DNA from: Verrucomicrobiota bacterium
GTDB taxonomy: Bacteria > Verrucomicrobiota > Verrucomicrobiia > Verrucomicrobiales > DEV007
Length of the DNA stretch: 64,000 bases
Direction of reading: 5' to 3'
Assembly: GCA_045046875.1 (NCBI GenBank)
Contig: JASFYY010000149.1
Coordinates: 1-64,000, forward strand
In this document: positions 1 through 9,588 of the stretch, in pieces
How the letters are laid out: each line of letters begins with the position of its first letter
Numbering within the stretch: position 1 is the first letter of the stretch
Position numbers and translations under genes: made by a program
The notes under the pieces: generated by a model
Databases searched by the model: none
Told to the model about the DNA's origin: nothing
What the model saw: only the letters and a program-made list of their open reading frames with translations

Positions 1-81
1 TAGCCCTGACCCGCTCTTCAGCTCTCCCCACACGAAATTATTTCGTTGCACAACGACAAAGCTTTGCTTAATTCATTTATT

Positions 82-1458
82 ATGAAAACGGAAAAACAAT
101 CCCCATTGCAAGCACGTCGCCATTTTTTAAAAGGAGCTGCAGGAATGATCGGCATAGGTGCCGCTGCTCCGATGATCTTACCCTCATCCGTATTGGGAGA
201 TAAAAAACGCAGCGCAGCCAATGAGAGAATCACCGTTGGGGTCGTGGGGCTGGGAGCCCGGGGTTTTGTTAATCTAGAGGGCATGATGAAACTCCCAGAC
301 ACCCAGATCGTCGCCCTTTGTGATGTCGATACTTTTCATTATCGGGAAAATACCGGACGCAAAGGACGCGCTTACGGTCTCGAACCGGCTAAAATGACCG
401 TAGAAAAATATTATGCCCAGAACAGCCCCGCCTCGGCTAAAAGCTGCGACACCTATTCCGACTACCGGGAGTTGTGCGCCCGCGACGACATCGACGCGAT
501 CGTGGTGGCCACTCCTGATCACTGGCACGCTCTATGCACCCTCGAGGCTCTGCGCTCGGGCAAGGATGTTTATTGCGAAAAACCGGTGACTCATCTTTTT
601 GCCGAAGGGCAGGCGGTCTATCGTGAAGTCGCCAAGCAAAAAGCCATTTTCCAAACCGGATCCCAACAGCGCTCGAGCAAAGAATTTCACCAGGCGGTGG
701 AACTCATCATCAATGGAACACTTGGAAAAATCAAATCCGTAGAAGTCGGCCTGCCCACCGGTTACCCGGAAGCCAAAGGCAGTACCGAAATAGAACAGCC
801 CCCCGCCCATCTCGACTACGCCATGTGGTGCGGCCCGAGCCCAGTCCTGCCCTACATGCGTGCCAGACATCACCGCTGGTGGCGGGGCAATCTCGCTTAC
901 GGTGGAGGCAACATCATGGATTTCATCGGCCACCACAATGACATCAACCACTGGGCGCTCGGACTGGATAAAAGCGGACCTCTCAGCGTAGAAGCGGTGA
1001 ATTGGAAATTCCCCTCAACAAAGGTTTACAACACCCCGGTCGACTACGAGATCCGCTGCGAATACCCTGAAGACATCGATGTATCCATCGCTTCATTTCA
1101 TAAAGGCGGCATCAAGTGGATCGGTGAAAACGGCAGCTGGATCTATGTGACCCGAGGCAAACTGGAAGCCTCAGAGCCTGAGTGGGTCGGCAAGGACTAC
1201 CAGAGCGGCTCAAAAAAAGCCTACCTCTCACCCGGTCACCACCGCAATTTTGTCGATGGCATCAAATCCCGCAAGACATGCATCGCCCCGGCGGAAACCG
1301 CGCATCGCTCGGTCACTCCGGGACACCTGGGTTACCTGTCTCAAGTTGTAGGGCGCAAATTAAACTGGGATGCCGACAAGGAGCAAATCATCGGCGATGC
1401 AAAGGCTCAGAATTTATTGGAAGAAGTTCCCTATGTCGGTGACTGGAAATTGAGCTGA
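82..1458 (+). CDS. Gfo/Idh/MocA-family NAD(P)-dependent oxidoreductase, Tat-exported
   Basis: Twin-arginine signal ARRHFLKG, Rossmann GVVGLGARG, ATPDHWH and YCEKP motifs. ATG at 82 preferred to the TTG at 46. Confidence 0.9.
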   Translation: MKTEKQSPLQARRHFLKGAAGMIGIGAAAPMILPSSVLGDKKRSAANERITVGVVGLGARGFVNLEGMMKLPDTQIVALCDVDTFHYRENTGRKGRAYGLEPAKMTVEKYYAQNSPASAKSCDTYSDYRELCARDDIDAIVVATPDHWHALCTLEALRSGKDVYCEKPVTHLFAEGQAVYREVAKQKAIFQTGSQQRSSKEFHQAVELIINGTLGKIKSVEVGLPTGYPEAKGSTEIEQPPAHLDYAMWCGPSPVLPYMRARHHRWWRGNLAYGGGNIMDFIGHHNDINHWALGLDKSGPLSVEAVNWKFPSTKVYNTPVDYEIRCEYPEDIDVSIASFHKGGIKWIGENGSWIYVTRGKLEASEPEWVGKDYQSGSKKAYLSPGHHRNFVDGIKSRKTCIAPAETAHRSVTPGHLGYLSQVVGRKLNWDADKEQIIGDAKAQNLLEEVPYVGDWKLS

Positions 1459-1469
1459 TCACAAACACA

Positions 1470-1501
1470 AAAAACGCCGCTGATCACTCAGCGGCGTTTT
1501 T
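1470..1501. terminator. Bidirectional intrinsic terminator
   Basis: AAAAACGCCGCTGA-TCAC-TCAGCGGCGTTTTT perfect hairpin with A/T tails between convergent genes. Confidence 0.85.
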
Positions 1502-1533
1502 GAAATCAAATTTCGCATCATCTAAAACGTATT

Positions 1534-2679
1534 CTACTGCTCATTACCTGGAGGAAACTCCGGCTCCACAGGAGCAGGCGCAGGCGGTGCTGGTTGCGGA
1601 CGATTACGGCTCGTAGTGCTAGTTGATGTCGAGGTATTATTCGAAGTATTCTCCTCGGTCACGCCACTCGATGTGACCGCAGAGTTTTTACGTCGCACGA
1701 TTTTAAACATCCGCTCTGCCAAGTGGCGGCGACGTGGTTTGAATACACTAGCCAACATGCTACGCATCTCTCCCTTTCCCCAGGGAATCTCGATACTCAC
1801 TGAAGCCAACCAGTTGTCGCGATAAAGCTGCTCACTTTCAAACCAAGTAGTGCCTATCACCAGGTTGGGCACTGGCCGGGCTTCAACCCCTATACGCCAG
1901 CCCTCGATATTAGAGGTCGCCTTACGGTCACCAGTGAAGCCATAATAACCACCGATCAATTGCAGATCCATATACTTGTCGATACCCGGTACCAGAAGTG
2001 CCAGCTCTACATCCCAACCTTCCAAAGCTTCTTCATACGTTTCAAACACACTGCGAGTCGTCGTCGTCGTCTTAGTCGTCCTGACGGCTCTGGATGATGC
2101 ACTCGTGCTCGACGACGTGCTGCTCGAAGTCGTGGTGCGACGGCTGATAACATTTTCATCGCTTAAAGGAATGTAGTAATTTGCCCGAAATTCAATGTAG
2201 CGCGATCCCGCCTCCAAACCCAAACCCGCCTGCCAAAAATTCCCACCATTGCCCGTGCTCGCATAATCGATGAAGGCATTGGCTCCGATAAACACCCCCT
2301 CACCCAACAAACCGGGATCAGTCACGCTCATCGCCTCGCTGACACTTTGATTGCTGAACAAACGGCGATAACCCAAACCTAAAGAAGCTCCCAATTCACC
2401 GCCACTCGCCCATGTATTGTAAGATTCCACAAAAAAGGTCGACCCATCCATGGTGCCCCCTTCCCCAATGGTATTATTCCAAGGATACAAAAAGAACAAG
2501 TTCCCCTCGACAAACTCACCATTGAACTTCACCCCCTTGCCCACATTGCCAGCCGTCCAGGCGGGATCGAGGCTGACTTCTTCAACCGCTTTAGCGCTCA
2601 CCTCTCCGGCTTGCGATGAAGTAACAAATAGAGGGGTCGAGCAAAGAGCAAGCGCCAGAGTAGTACAGATACGTTTCAT
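1534..2679 (-). CDS. Inverse-autotransporter (intimin/invasin-like) beta-barrel domain protein
   Basis: Signal peptide MKRICTTLALAL; barrel-type segments SLGLGYR, FIGANAFIDY, QAGLGLE, FRANYYIP, LEGWDVE; Ser/Thr- and Pro-rich parts; no passenger repeats. Confidence 0.65.
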   Translation of the reverse strand: MKRICTTLALALCSTPLFVTSSQAGEVSAKAVEEVSLDPAWTAGNVGKGVKFNGEFVEGNLFFLYPWNNTIGEGGTMDGSTFFVESYNTWASGGELGASLGLGYRRLFSNQSVSEAMSVTDPGLLGEGVFIGANAFIDYASTGNGGNFWQAGLGLEAGSRYIEFRANYYIPLSDENVISRRTTTSSSTSSSTSASSRAVRTTKTTTTTRSVFETYEEALEGWDVELALLVPGIDKYMDLQLIGGYYGFTGDRKATSNIEGWRIGVEARPVPNLVIGTTWFESEQLYRDNWLASVSIEIPWGKGEMRSMLASVFKPRRRHLAERMFKIVRRKNSAVTSSGVTEENTSNNTSTSTSTTSRNRPQPAPPAPAPVEPEFPPGNEQ

Positions 2680-2837
2680 AGAAGAATTTGGTTCAGGAGA
2701 CAACGAGTTGAACTACAAAAAATCCCACCTTTCACCCCCAGAGTTCGTTGCCATCCAGCTATAAGTAAATTCTCCAACTATGTCAATTTTTTCCTAACAA
2801 TATAAGAGACTAGGAAAAAAAAATCCTTCATTACTCC

Positions 2838-3119
2838 TTATCTTTTTTTCTGCACGATCACGATGATCAAAAGAAAAAGGAAAGCTCCCAGAAAAGCCGC
2901 GATCAAATCCTGCAGACTGACCGCAAAAGTCCCCAAGCCGAGATCTATACGAAATAGCTTGAACAACCCCCCTCCGATCAACGCCCCCACCAGACCAATG
3001 CCCAAGTTTCGCCAGCGACCATAACCTTCCCGGCTACGCTTCACCAACATTCCCACTACCGGCCCCGTCAAAGCACCCACCACAAGCCAGACAATAATTT
3101 CGCTGATAGAAAACTCCAT
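2838..3119 (-). CDS. GlsB/YeaQ/YmgE (transglycosylase-associated) small membrane protein
   Basis: IIVWLVVGALTG...NLGIGLVGALIGG...IAAFLGA pattern; three hydrophobic segments. Confidence 0.8.
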   Translation of the reverse strand: MEFSISEIIVWLVVGALTGPVVGMLVKRSREGYGRWRNLGIGLVGALIGGGLFKLFRIDLGLGTFAVSLQDLIAAFLGAFLFLLIIVIVQKKR

Positions 3120-3448
3120 AGGCCGTGTATCAGAACACAGCTTGCTCAAAAATCCAAACAAGAAAACCCCGCTTTTTCAGTTTTCACTCCCCCTGTTACT
3201 TAATCGCGAATTTGTTAATAAAGTTGCAAAAACATAATCGCAATTTTGCTTGCTTCTCTTGCCCAAAACATGAAATAATCCCATCAAGTTTCCTTGGGGG
3301 GAAATATCAGCCTCACTCAGACGCAAGTCTGGTGGGGCTGTGACTTTTCATCTACCCGCCCTCCTTTCACCGCTGATTCTCTTCAAGAATATGCATGCAG
3401 CGCCAAAAAACACTGGCGATTTCCTCTAAATCGCGCCAAAGTTCCATT

Positions 3449-3811
3449 GTGTTTCAAGTTATTTTTAATGAGATCAGTGCAGCGGAGTTATCTCAACTGC
3501 CTACCCTGACCCAACTGGAGTTACTGGATGAATTCCAGGTCACTCCTGATGATCTGGAAAATCCCGACGGCGAGAAATTCGGGCTATTACAGCGTGACCA
3601 CAAAAACCTGTTCAGATACCGGGCTAAAGATGTACGCATCTATTTTGAAGCCACCGAGGAGGGCATCCTGGTTCATCGGGTGCTCAACAAAAACACCTTC
3701 CAAGACTTTCTCTTTCGCACCAATCTCCCGTTGTCTGAGGATGAAGCTTTGAGCCAGTCGAAGGTTTTCTGGCAGTTGATCGAAGAAGGGGAAAACGCGC
3801 GCCGGGCCTGA
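3449..3811 (+). CDS. RelE/ParE-fold-like protein with C-terminal extension
   Basis: GTG start FQVIFNEISAAELSQL...LFRYRAKDVRIYF...ILVHRV resembles the RelE/ParE pattern; no adjacent antitoxin ORF. Confidence 0.55.
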   Translation: MFQVIFNEISAAELSQLPTLTQLELLDEFQVTPDDLENPDGEKFGLLQRDHKNLFRYRAKDVRIYFEATEEGILVHRVLNKNTFQDFLFRTNLPLSEDEALSQSKVFWQLIEEGENARRA

Positions 3812-3866
3812 ACGCTCCCATTCTGCCGGCCAGGGATTCTCTAAAGCCAAAATAAGCTAAACACTC

Positions 3867-5036
3867 ATGGACTACTTTGATCAATTAGATCGTGACGAAA
3901 CTTTCCGTCAGCAAAACTTCCCTGTCACCCGGGAACGCATTTTTCTCGCCCACGCCGCGATCACGGTTTTGCCTAAAGTAGTGGAACAGGCGATGTCCGA
4001 TTTTAATCACGCTTATGCCACCGGAGATATCGATTTCACCGCCGTGCATCTGGGCGAAATGGATGCCGCCCGTGAATCTGCCGCCCAACTGCTCGGCACA
4101 TCTGCCAATGAGATCGCCCTGCTTGGTCCGACTTCCCTCGGACTGAATCTGGTCGCCAACGGCTTGGACTGGCAGACTGGCGATGAAGTGATCTGTTATC
4201 TCGATGACTACCCCGCCAATGTTTACCCCTGGCAACACCTTCAAGAACAAGGGGTCAAGGTCGTTTACCTCGAGCCCGGACAATCCGGGGAGATCACGCC
4301 CGACCTGGTAGAACGCGCGATCACTCCACGAACCCGACTGGTTTCGCTCGCCTCCTGCCACTTCCTCAGCGGTTACAGGATCGATGTCGATGCGATCGGT
4401 CGCCTTCTTCACCAGCACGACATTCTATTCTGCCTCGACGCCATCCAGACCTGCGGGGCCTTTCCTATTCCCATCGAACACGTGGATTTTCTCTGTGCCG
4501 ACTCCCACAAATGGATGCTCGGCCCGGCCGCCGCCGGTATTTTTTATGTGAAAGAAAAACATTTCGACACATTGAAACCTACCCTGCACGGAGCTTGGAA
4601 CGTGAAATGCCCTGATTTTGTTGCCAAAACACAAATTGAATACGAGGCCGGCGGACGTCGCTACGAACCGGGCGTATTGAATTTTTCCGGTATATTTGGA
4701 ATGAAAGCCGCTATGGATTTGATCAATACTCTCGGAGTGGAAAACATCGCCAAGCGCATTTTATCCCTTAAAGAGCATCTTGTCAGCGGACTGGAACAGC
4801 GCAATTGCCTGATTTTGCCGCCCTCGGAAGGCCAGTCAGCTACAGGGATCACCACTTTCATCAAGCAGGATGCCGCCTGGATGCGGCGTTGTTTTCGCCA
4901 TTTGGCAGAGAAAAATGTCGCCGTATCACTTCGCAGTGACCGCCAAGGGCAGAGCTACATCCGCTTTAGCCACCATTTCTACAATACTACAGCCGATTTC
5001 GACCGTGTATTCGCCTATCTGGACGAAATAAAATAG
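3867..5036 (+). CDS. Class V PLP-dependent aminotransferase / cysteine desulfurase-like protein
   Basis: LDAIQ and DSHKWMLGP (PLP lysine), IRFSHHFYN. Confidence 0.85.
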   Translation: MDYFDQLDRDETFRQQNFPVTRERIFLAHAAITVLPKVVEQAMSDFNHAYATGDIDFTAVHLGEMDAARESAAQLLGTSANEIALLGPTSLGLNLVANGLDWQTGDEVICYLDDYPANVYPWQHLQEQGVKVVYLEPGQSGEITPDLVERAITPRTRLVSLASCHFLSGYRIDVDAIGRLLHQHDILFCLDAIQTCGAFPIPIEHVDFLCADSHKWMLGPAAAGIFYVKEKHFDTLKPTLHGAWNVKCPDFVAKTQIEYEAGGRRYEPGVLNFSGIFGMKAAMDLINTLGVENIAKRILSLKEHLVSGLEQRNCLILPPSEGQSATGITTFIKQDAAWMRRCFRHLAEKNVAVSLRSDRQGQSYIRFSHHFYNTTADFDRVFAYLDEIK

Positions 5037-5176
5037 CTGTGCAGAATGCACGCATAGGGACTTGACGAAGGCGATGACAGAACTAGCTTCCATCGCGTGC
5101 CGTTTTCCTGTATAATGGCGGCGTTAACTGTAGATACTCTACTCATTATTTAACTGAATTCCGCAAGGTCGAAACC

Positions 5177-5650
5177 GTGGATATTAAAGAAATCAAACAA
5201 ATCATCGAGCTCATGAACGAGAATGAGCTCACTCATTTTCACCTTGAGCGAGACGGCGACAAAATCAAATTGCAGAAAGGCGGCGATTTAGAAGCCCTGC
5301 AACAGGCTCTGTCCACCATGGCACCTGCCCCAGTGGCTGCCGCGGCTCCCGCAACCGCAGTCGCTGCTACAGAACCAGCCGCAGCCGATCCCAATGCACT
5401 CGCCGCTGGAGAGGTTGAAATCCCCTCCCCAATGGTGGGCACTTTTTACCGCGCAGCAGACCCCGAAGCCGGCGCTTTTGCTGACATCGGCAGCGAAGTG
5501 GGTGAAAACAGCACGGTATGCATCATCGAAGCCATGAAGGTGATGAACGAAATCAAAGCCGAAATACAAGGTACCGTCACCAAGGTTCTGGTCGAAAACG
5601 GCACCCCTGTTCAATATGGCGAGCCCCTGTTCCGGGTAAAAACCTCCTAG
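5177..5650 (+). CDS. accB: Acetyl-CoA carboxylase biotin carboxyl carrier protein
   Basis: SPMVGTFY, biotinylation motif EAMKVMNEI, Ala/Pro linker. Confidence 0.97.
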   Translation: MDIKEIKQIIELMNENELTHFHLERDGDKIKLQKGGDLEALQQALSTMAPAPVAAAAPATAVAATEPAAADPNALAAGEVEIPSPMVGTFYRAADPEAGAFADIGSEVGENSTVCIIEAMKVMNEIKAEIQGTVTKVLVENGTPVQYGEPLFRVKTS

Positions 5651-5698
5651 TTGGCAACTCGCCGATTCAAGATTCAGCCGCTTCGATCCATCCCAGCC

Positions 5699-7084
5699 AT
5701 GTTTCAAAAAATTCTTGTAGCCAATCGTGGAGAAATCGCCCTCAGGGTGATTCGAGCCTGTAAAGAATTGGGCATCAGCACGGTTGCTGTTTATTCAGAA
5801 GCCGACAGCGATTCGATGCATGTGCAACTGGCCGACGAAGCCATCTGCATCGGACCCGGCCCCAGTGCCGAAAGTTACCTCAAAGTTGACGCCATCATGA
5901 GCGCCGCCGAGATAGCTAACGCCGATGCTATTCATCCCGGCTACGGCTTTCTAGCAGAAAACGCACGCTTCGCAGAAATTTGCGGAAGCTGCAATATAAA
6001 ATTTATCGGACCCTCGCCCGAAGTGATCACCATGATGGGTGACAAAAACATGGCACGAGCCATGGCGGTCAAACACGGCGTGCCTGTGACCCCGGGCAGC
6101 CCAGGCATCGTCCCTACCGTGGAAGAAGCTCTTGTAGTGGCAGAGGACCTGGGTTACCCGGTTATGATCAAAGCCACCGCAGGTGGAGGAGGTCGCGGCA
6201 TGCGACCCGCGCAAAATAAAGATGAGTTGCCATCGATGTATCAAGCAGCCAGAGCTGAGTCCAAAGCTTGTTTTGGTGAAGATGATGTCTACATCGAAAA
6301 GCTGGTTCTCAACCCGCATCACATCGAATTTCAAATCATCGGCGACAGCCATGGCAATGCCGCACAGCTCGGCGAGCGTGACTGCTCACTGCAACGACGC
6401 AACCAGAAAATCATCGAAGAAACGCCTTCTCCCCTGCTCAGCGAAGAATTGCGCCAACGCATGGCAGAGGCCTCGGTCAACCTCACCCGTGAGATTGGCT
6501 ATGAAAACTGCGGCACCATCGAATACCTGGTCGATGATAAAGAAAATTTTTACTTCATGGAAATGAATACTCGGATTCAGGTCGAGCATCCGATCACCGA
6601 AGAGGTCCGGGGATGTGACTTGATCAAGGAACAAATCCATGTCGCTGCAGGTAAACCCATCTCCGATCACGTTCGCAACAGCGTCGTGAGAGGGCACTCG
6701 ATCGAATGCCGGATCAACGCCGAAGATCCCTACAACAACTTCGCTCCCAGCCCTGGAAAAATCGAGCTTTTCTACGCCGCCGGCGGACGCGGCGTCCGGG
6801 TAGACACCCATGTTTACAGTGGATACAGCGTGCCACCCTATTACGACTCGATGATCGCCAAACTGATTGTCACCGCATCCTCCCGTGCAGGCGCCATCGC
6901 CCGCATGAACCGTGCCTTGAACGAATTTTTAGTGGAAGGCATCAAGACAACCATCCCTTTCCAATCTTCGATCCTCAACCACCCCGACTTCAAGGCCGGC
7001 ACCTATGATATCGGTTGGGTAGAAAATTTCATCAACTCGCAACCTGATCCACCTGAAGCATCAGCCGCCGAATTGGATTCCTAA
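5699..7084 (+). CDS. accC: Acetyl-CoA carboxylase biotin carboxylase subunit
   Basis: [46 protein letters not shown]; follows accB. Confidence 0.97.
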   Translation: MFQKILVANRGEIALRVIRACKELGISTVAVYSEADSDSMHVQLADEAICIGPGPSAESYLKVDAIMSAAEIANADAIHPGYGFLAENARFAEICGSCNIKFIGPSPEVITMMGDKNMARAMAVKHGVPVTPGSPGIVPTVEEALVVAEDLGYPVMIKATAGGGGRGMRPAQNKDELPSMYQAARAESKACFGEDDVYIEKLVLNPHHIEFQIIGDSHGNAAQLGERDCSLQRRNQKIIEETPSPLLSEELRQRMAEASVNLTREIGYENCGTIEYLVDDKENFYFMEMNTRIQVEHPITEEVRGCDLIKEQIHVAAGKPISDHVRNSVVRGHSIECRINAEDPYNNFAPSPGKIELFYAAGGRGVRVDTHVYSGYSVPPYYDSMIAKLIVTASSRAGAIARMNRALNEFLVEGIKTTIPFQSSILNHPDFKAGTYDIGWVENFINSQPDPPEASAAELDS

Positions 7085-7130
7085 TATCCCGCCAAACAGT
7101 GCAAAGCAGCGCCGAAATACTTCCTGGCTA

Positions 7131-7754
7131 ATGAAAGCGATCAGCGACTGTTTCCTATACGGCATCCTCGACGGTGATTACACCCCAAGAGAACAAGCCT
7201 GTGAAACTGTGACCAAAATGCTCGACGGCGGAATTGACATCCTGCAGCTGCGTGCCAAAAACTGGTCGATGGATGAAATAACCCAAACTGCCCGCGCCAT
7301 CCACCCGCTAAGCGAGGCTGCCGGAGTACCCCTCATCATCAACGACTACCCTGAAATCGCACGCGACATCGGAGCCGAAGGTGTCCATGTGGGACAGGAC
7401 GATCTTTCAGTGAAAGAAGTTCGTGAAATGCTCGGATCAAAAATACTGCTTGGCCTTTCAACCCACAGCGTGGCACAAGCTCAAGGCGCCGCTACTCAGG
7501 ATGTTGACTATATTGGCTTCGGACCGCTGTTCAGCACCGCAACCAAACCCGACTATCAACCCATCGGCACCAAGGAAATCGCCCGGGTTCATCAAGAGAA
7601 TCCGCACTTGCCTGTTTTCTGCATCGGTGGCATCAAACAACAAAATGCTGCCGCAGTGCTCGAAGCCGGCGCGCGGCGCCTCGTTGTGGTTTCCGGCATT
7701 CTCCAAGCAGCTGATATCGGAGCTTACACCCGCCAGCTCAAATCTTTACTCTAA
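7131..7754 (+). CDS. thiE: Thiamine-phosphate synthase
   Basis: QLRAK, IIND, GVHVGQDD, GLSTH, GPLFSTATK, CIGGI motifs. Confidence 0.92.
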   Translation: MKAISDCFLYGILDGDYTPREQACETVTKMLDGGIDILQLRAKNWSMDEITQTARAIHPLSEAAGVPLIINDYPEIARDIGAEGVHVGQDDLSVKEVREMLGSKILLGLSTHSVAQAQGAATQDVDYIGFGPLFSTATKPDYQPIGTKEIARVHQENPHLPVFCIGGIKQQNAAAVLEAGARRLVVVSGILQAADIGAYTRQLKSLL

Positions 7755-7776
7755 TCAAAAACTTAATCCAACTATC

Positions 7777-8688
7777 ATGAGTGTACTAATATCCGGTTCC
7801 ATCGCCATCGATCACGTCAAGACCCCGCACGACGAACATCAAAATCTGCTTGGAGGATCCGCATCCTTTGCCGCCATCGCGGCCAGTTTTTTCAGCCCGG
7901 TGAATTTGATCAGTATCGTCGGTGCGGATTTTCCAGAAAGACATATCGACCTGTTCAAATCCCGCGACATCAACCTCGACGGGGTGCAATTCTCTGACGG
8001 TGAAACCTTCCGCTGGAGTGGCGAGTATTTCGACGACATGAACACCCGCGAAACCCTCGACGTGGCGCTCAACGTGTTGGAGGAATACCAACCCAAACTA
8101 CCCGAGTCCACCCAGGATTCCCGCATTGTGCTGCTCGCTAATGACAGCCCCGACAACCAACACTCCGTCCTCGACCAGCTCGGTAGCCAACCCAATTTTG
8201 TCATCGCTGACACCATGGACTTGTGGATCACCGTCGCCAGAGAACGCCTATTGGAACTCCTGCCTCGCCTCGACCTGTTAGTGCTCAATGATGGCGAAGC
8301 CAAACTGCTGCTCGAAACCGGTAACCTGGTCGAAGCCGGACACCGCTTGCTTGAAATGGGACCCAAATTTGTCATCATCAAAAAGGGCGAACACGGAGCC
8401 ATGCTGTTTGGAAAAAACCGCTTTTTTACCTGCGGAGCCTACCCGCTGCTCACCCTCCACGACCCAACCGGAGCCGGCGACTCATTCATCGGCAGCATGG
8501 CGGGGTACCTGTGCCAGCTCAATAAATCCGAACTCGACTTCGACCACCTCACCGGAGCCATCGCCCGCGGCACCATCATCGCGGGTTACTCTTGCGAATC
8601 ATTCAGCACCCACCGCCTACAGGAGCTCTCCACCGAGGAATTCGAAACCCGCCTGGAAGAATTCCGTCAATACTCGACCTTTTCATAA
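7777..8688 (+). CDS. PfkB/ribokinase-family carbohydrate kinase
   Basis: GSIAID, GGSA, KKGEHG and DPTGAGDSF signatures; ATG at 7777. Confidence 0.9.
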   Translation: MSVLISGSIAIDHVKTPHDEHQNLLGGSASFAAIAASFFSPVNLISIVGADFPERHIDLFKSRDINLDGVQFSDGETFRWSGEYFDDMNTRETLDVALNVLEEYQPKLPESTQDSRIVLLANDSPDNQHSVLDQLGSQPNFVIADTMDLWITVARERLLELLPRLDLLVLNDGEAKLLLETGNLVEAGHRLLEMGPKFVIIKKGEHGAMLFGKNRFFTCGAYPLLTLHDPTGAGDSFIGSMAGYLCQLNKSELDFDHLTGAIARGTIIAGYSCESFSTHRLQELSTEEFETRLEEFRQYSTFS

Positions 8689-8711
8689 GCTTAGGAGGCG
8701 CGTCCTAAACC

Positions 8712-9464
8712 TCATTGCCCCGTTCCAGAACCAGCCTTTTCCACAGAGGCTGGTTTTTCTGTCAGCGCTTTGCCCGGTTTCCCTTTCAGCTCTTCCTGCT
8801 TGGGCTCCGATACCACCAAAGCTACCGGCTCACCCAATATTTCCGGTTGGGTATCGAAGACATAAAGATCCAATACCACCAGCACCCGGGCCAAATATTC
8901 TCTCAAGCGGGCTTTGAATGAATGTTTCAAATCAACCGGCGTGCTACTGAAGGCAATCGCATCCAAACCCGCATGACGGGCGATGAACAAGGCTCGATAT
9001 ACATGGAAGCCGTCCGAGATGATTGTGATTTTTTCCAACTGGTAAACCTTTTCCGCCCGGATAATGGAATCCAAAGTGCGCAAGCCGGAGTTATCAGAAC
9101 GGATCGCCTGTGGCTCCACCCCCAAGCCAACCAATTTGGCCGTCATATCGCGTGGTTCATTATAATATTTGGAAGCACCGTCACCACTGACCAGCAAAAC
9201 CCTCACTTTGCCCTCTTGGTAAAGTTCCGCCGCCGCTGCCATGCGGTTCTCAAAATGTGGGTTCGGACTGTCAGGAGCCACTTTTTTGGACGTCCCCAAT
9301 ACCAGACCAATGGTATTAATTTTCACCTCATCGATTGAATCATATACCCTCGATTGCGTCGAAAGAAGCACCCACCAATTGCAAAACAAGACGAACAACC
9401 CTATTAGCAATACGAAAATCGTCGCCAGTCTGAATAATAGAGAACGTTTTTTCTTTTGCGACAT
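8712..9464 (-). CDS. SanA/YdcF (ElyC-like, DUF218) family protein
   Basis: N-terminal TM, GLVLGT, LVSGD, YNEP, GLRTLDS, FHVYRALF, REYLAR. Confidence 0.85.
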   Translation of the reverse strand: MSQKKKRSLLFRLATIFVLLIGLFVLFCNWWVLLSTQSRVYDSIDEVKINTIGLVLGTSKKVAPDSPNPHFENRMAAAAELYQEGKVRVLLVSGDGASKYYNEPRDMTAKLVGLGVEPQAIRSDNSGLRTLDSIIRAEKVYQLEKITIISDGFHVYRALFIARHAGLDAIAFSSTPVDLKHSFKARLREYLARVLVVLDLYVFDTQPEILGEPVALVVSEPKQEELKGKPGKALTEKPASVEKAGSGTGQ

Positions 9465-9588
9465 TTTTCCCTTCCAGACAAACAATTGACCCAGCAGCAT
9501 TGAGAAAAACAAATTTCAGCAAAAGCTAAAGAATGATTCCCTACTGGAAACTACACAAGATCTGCCATATTTCATTATTTACCTGCCT

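Noticed and set aside
7085..7130. TPP riboswitch before thiE
   Set aside because: The gap is only 46 bp and has no TPP aptamer motif.
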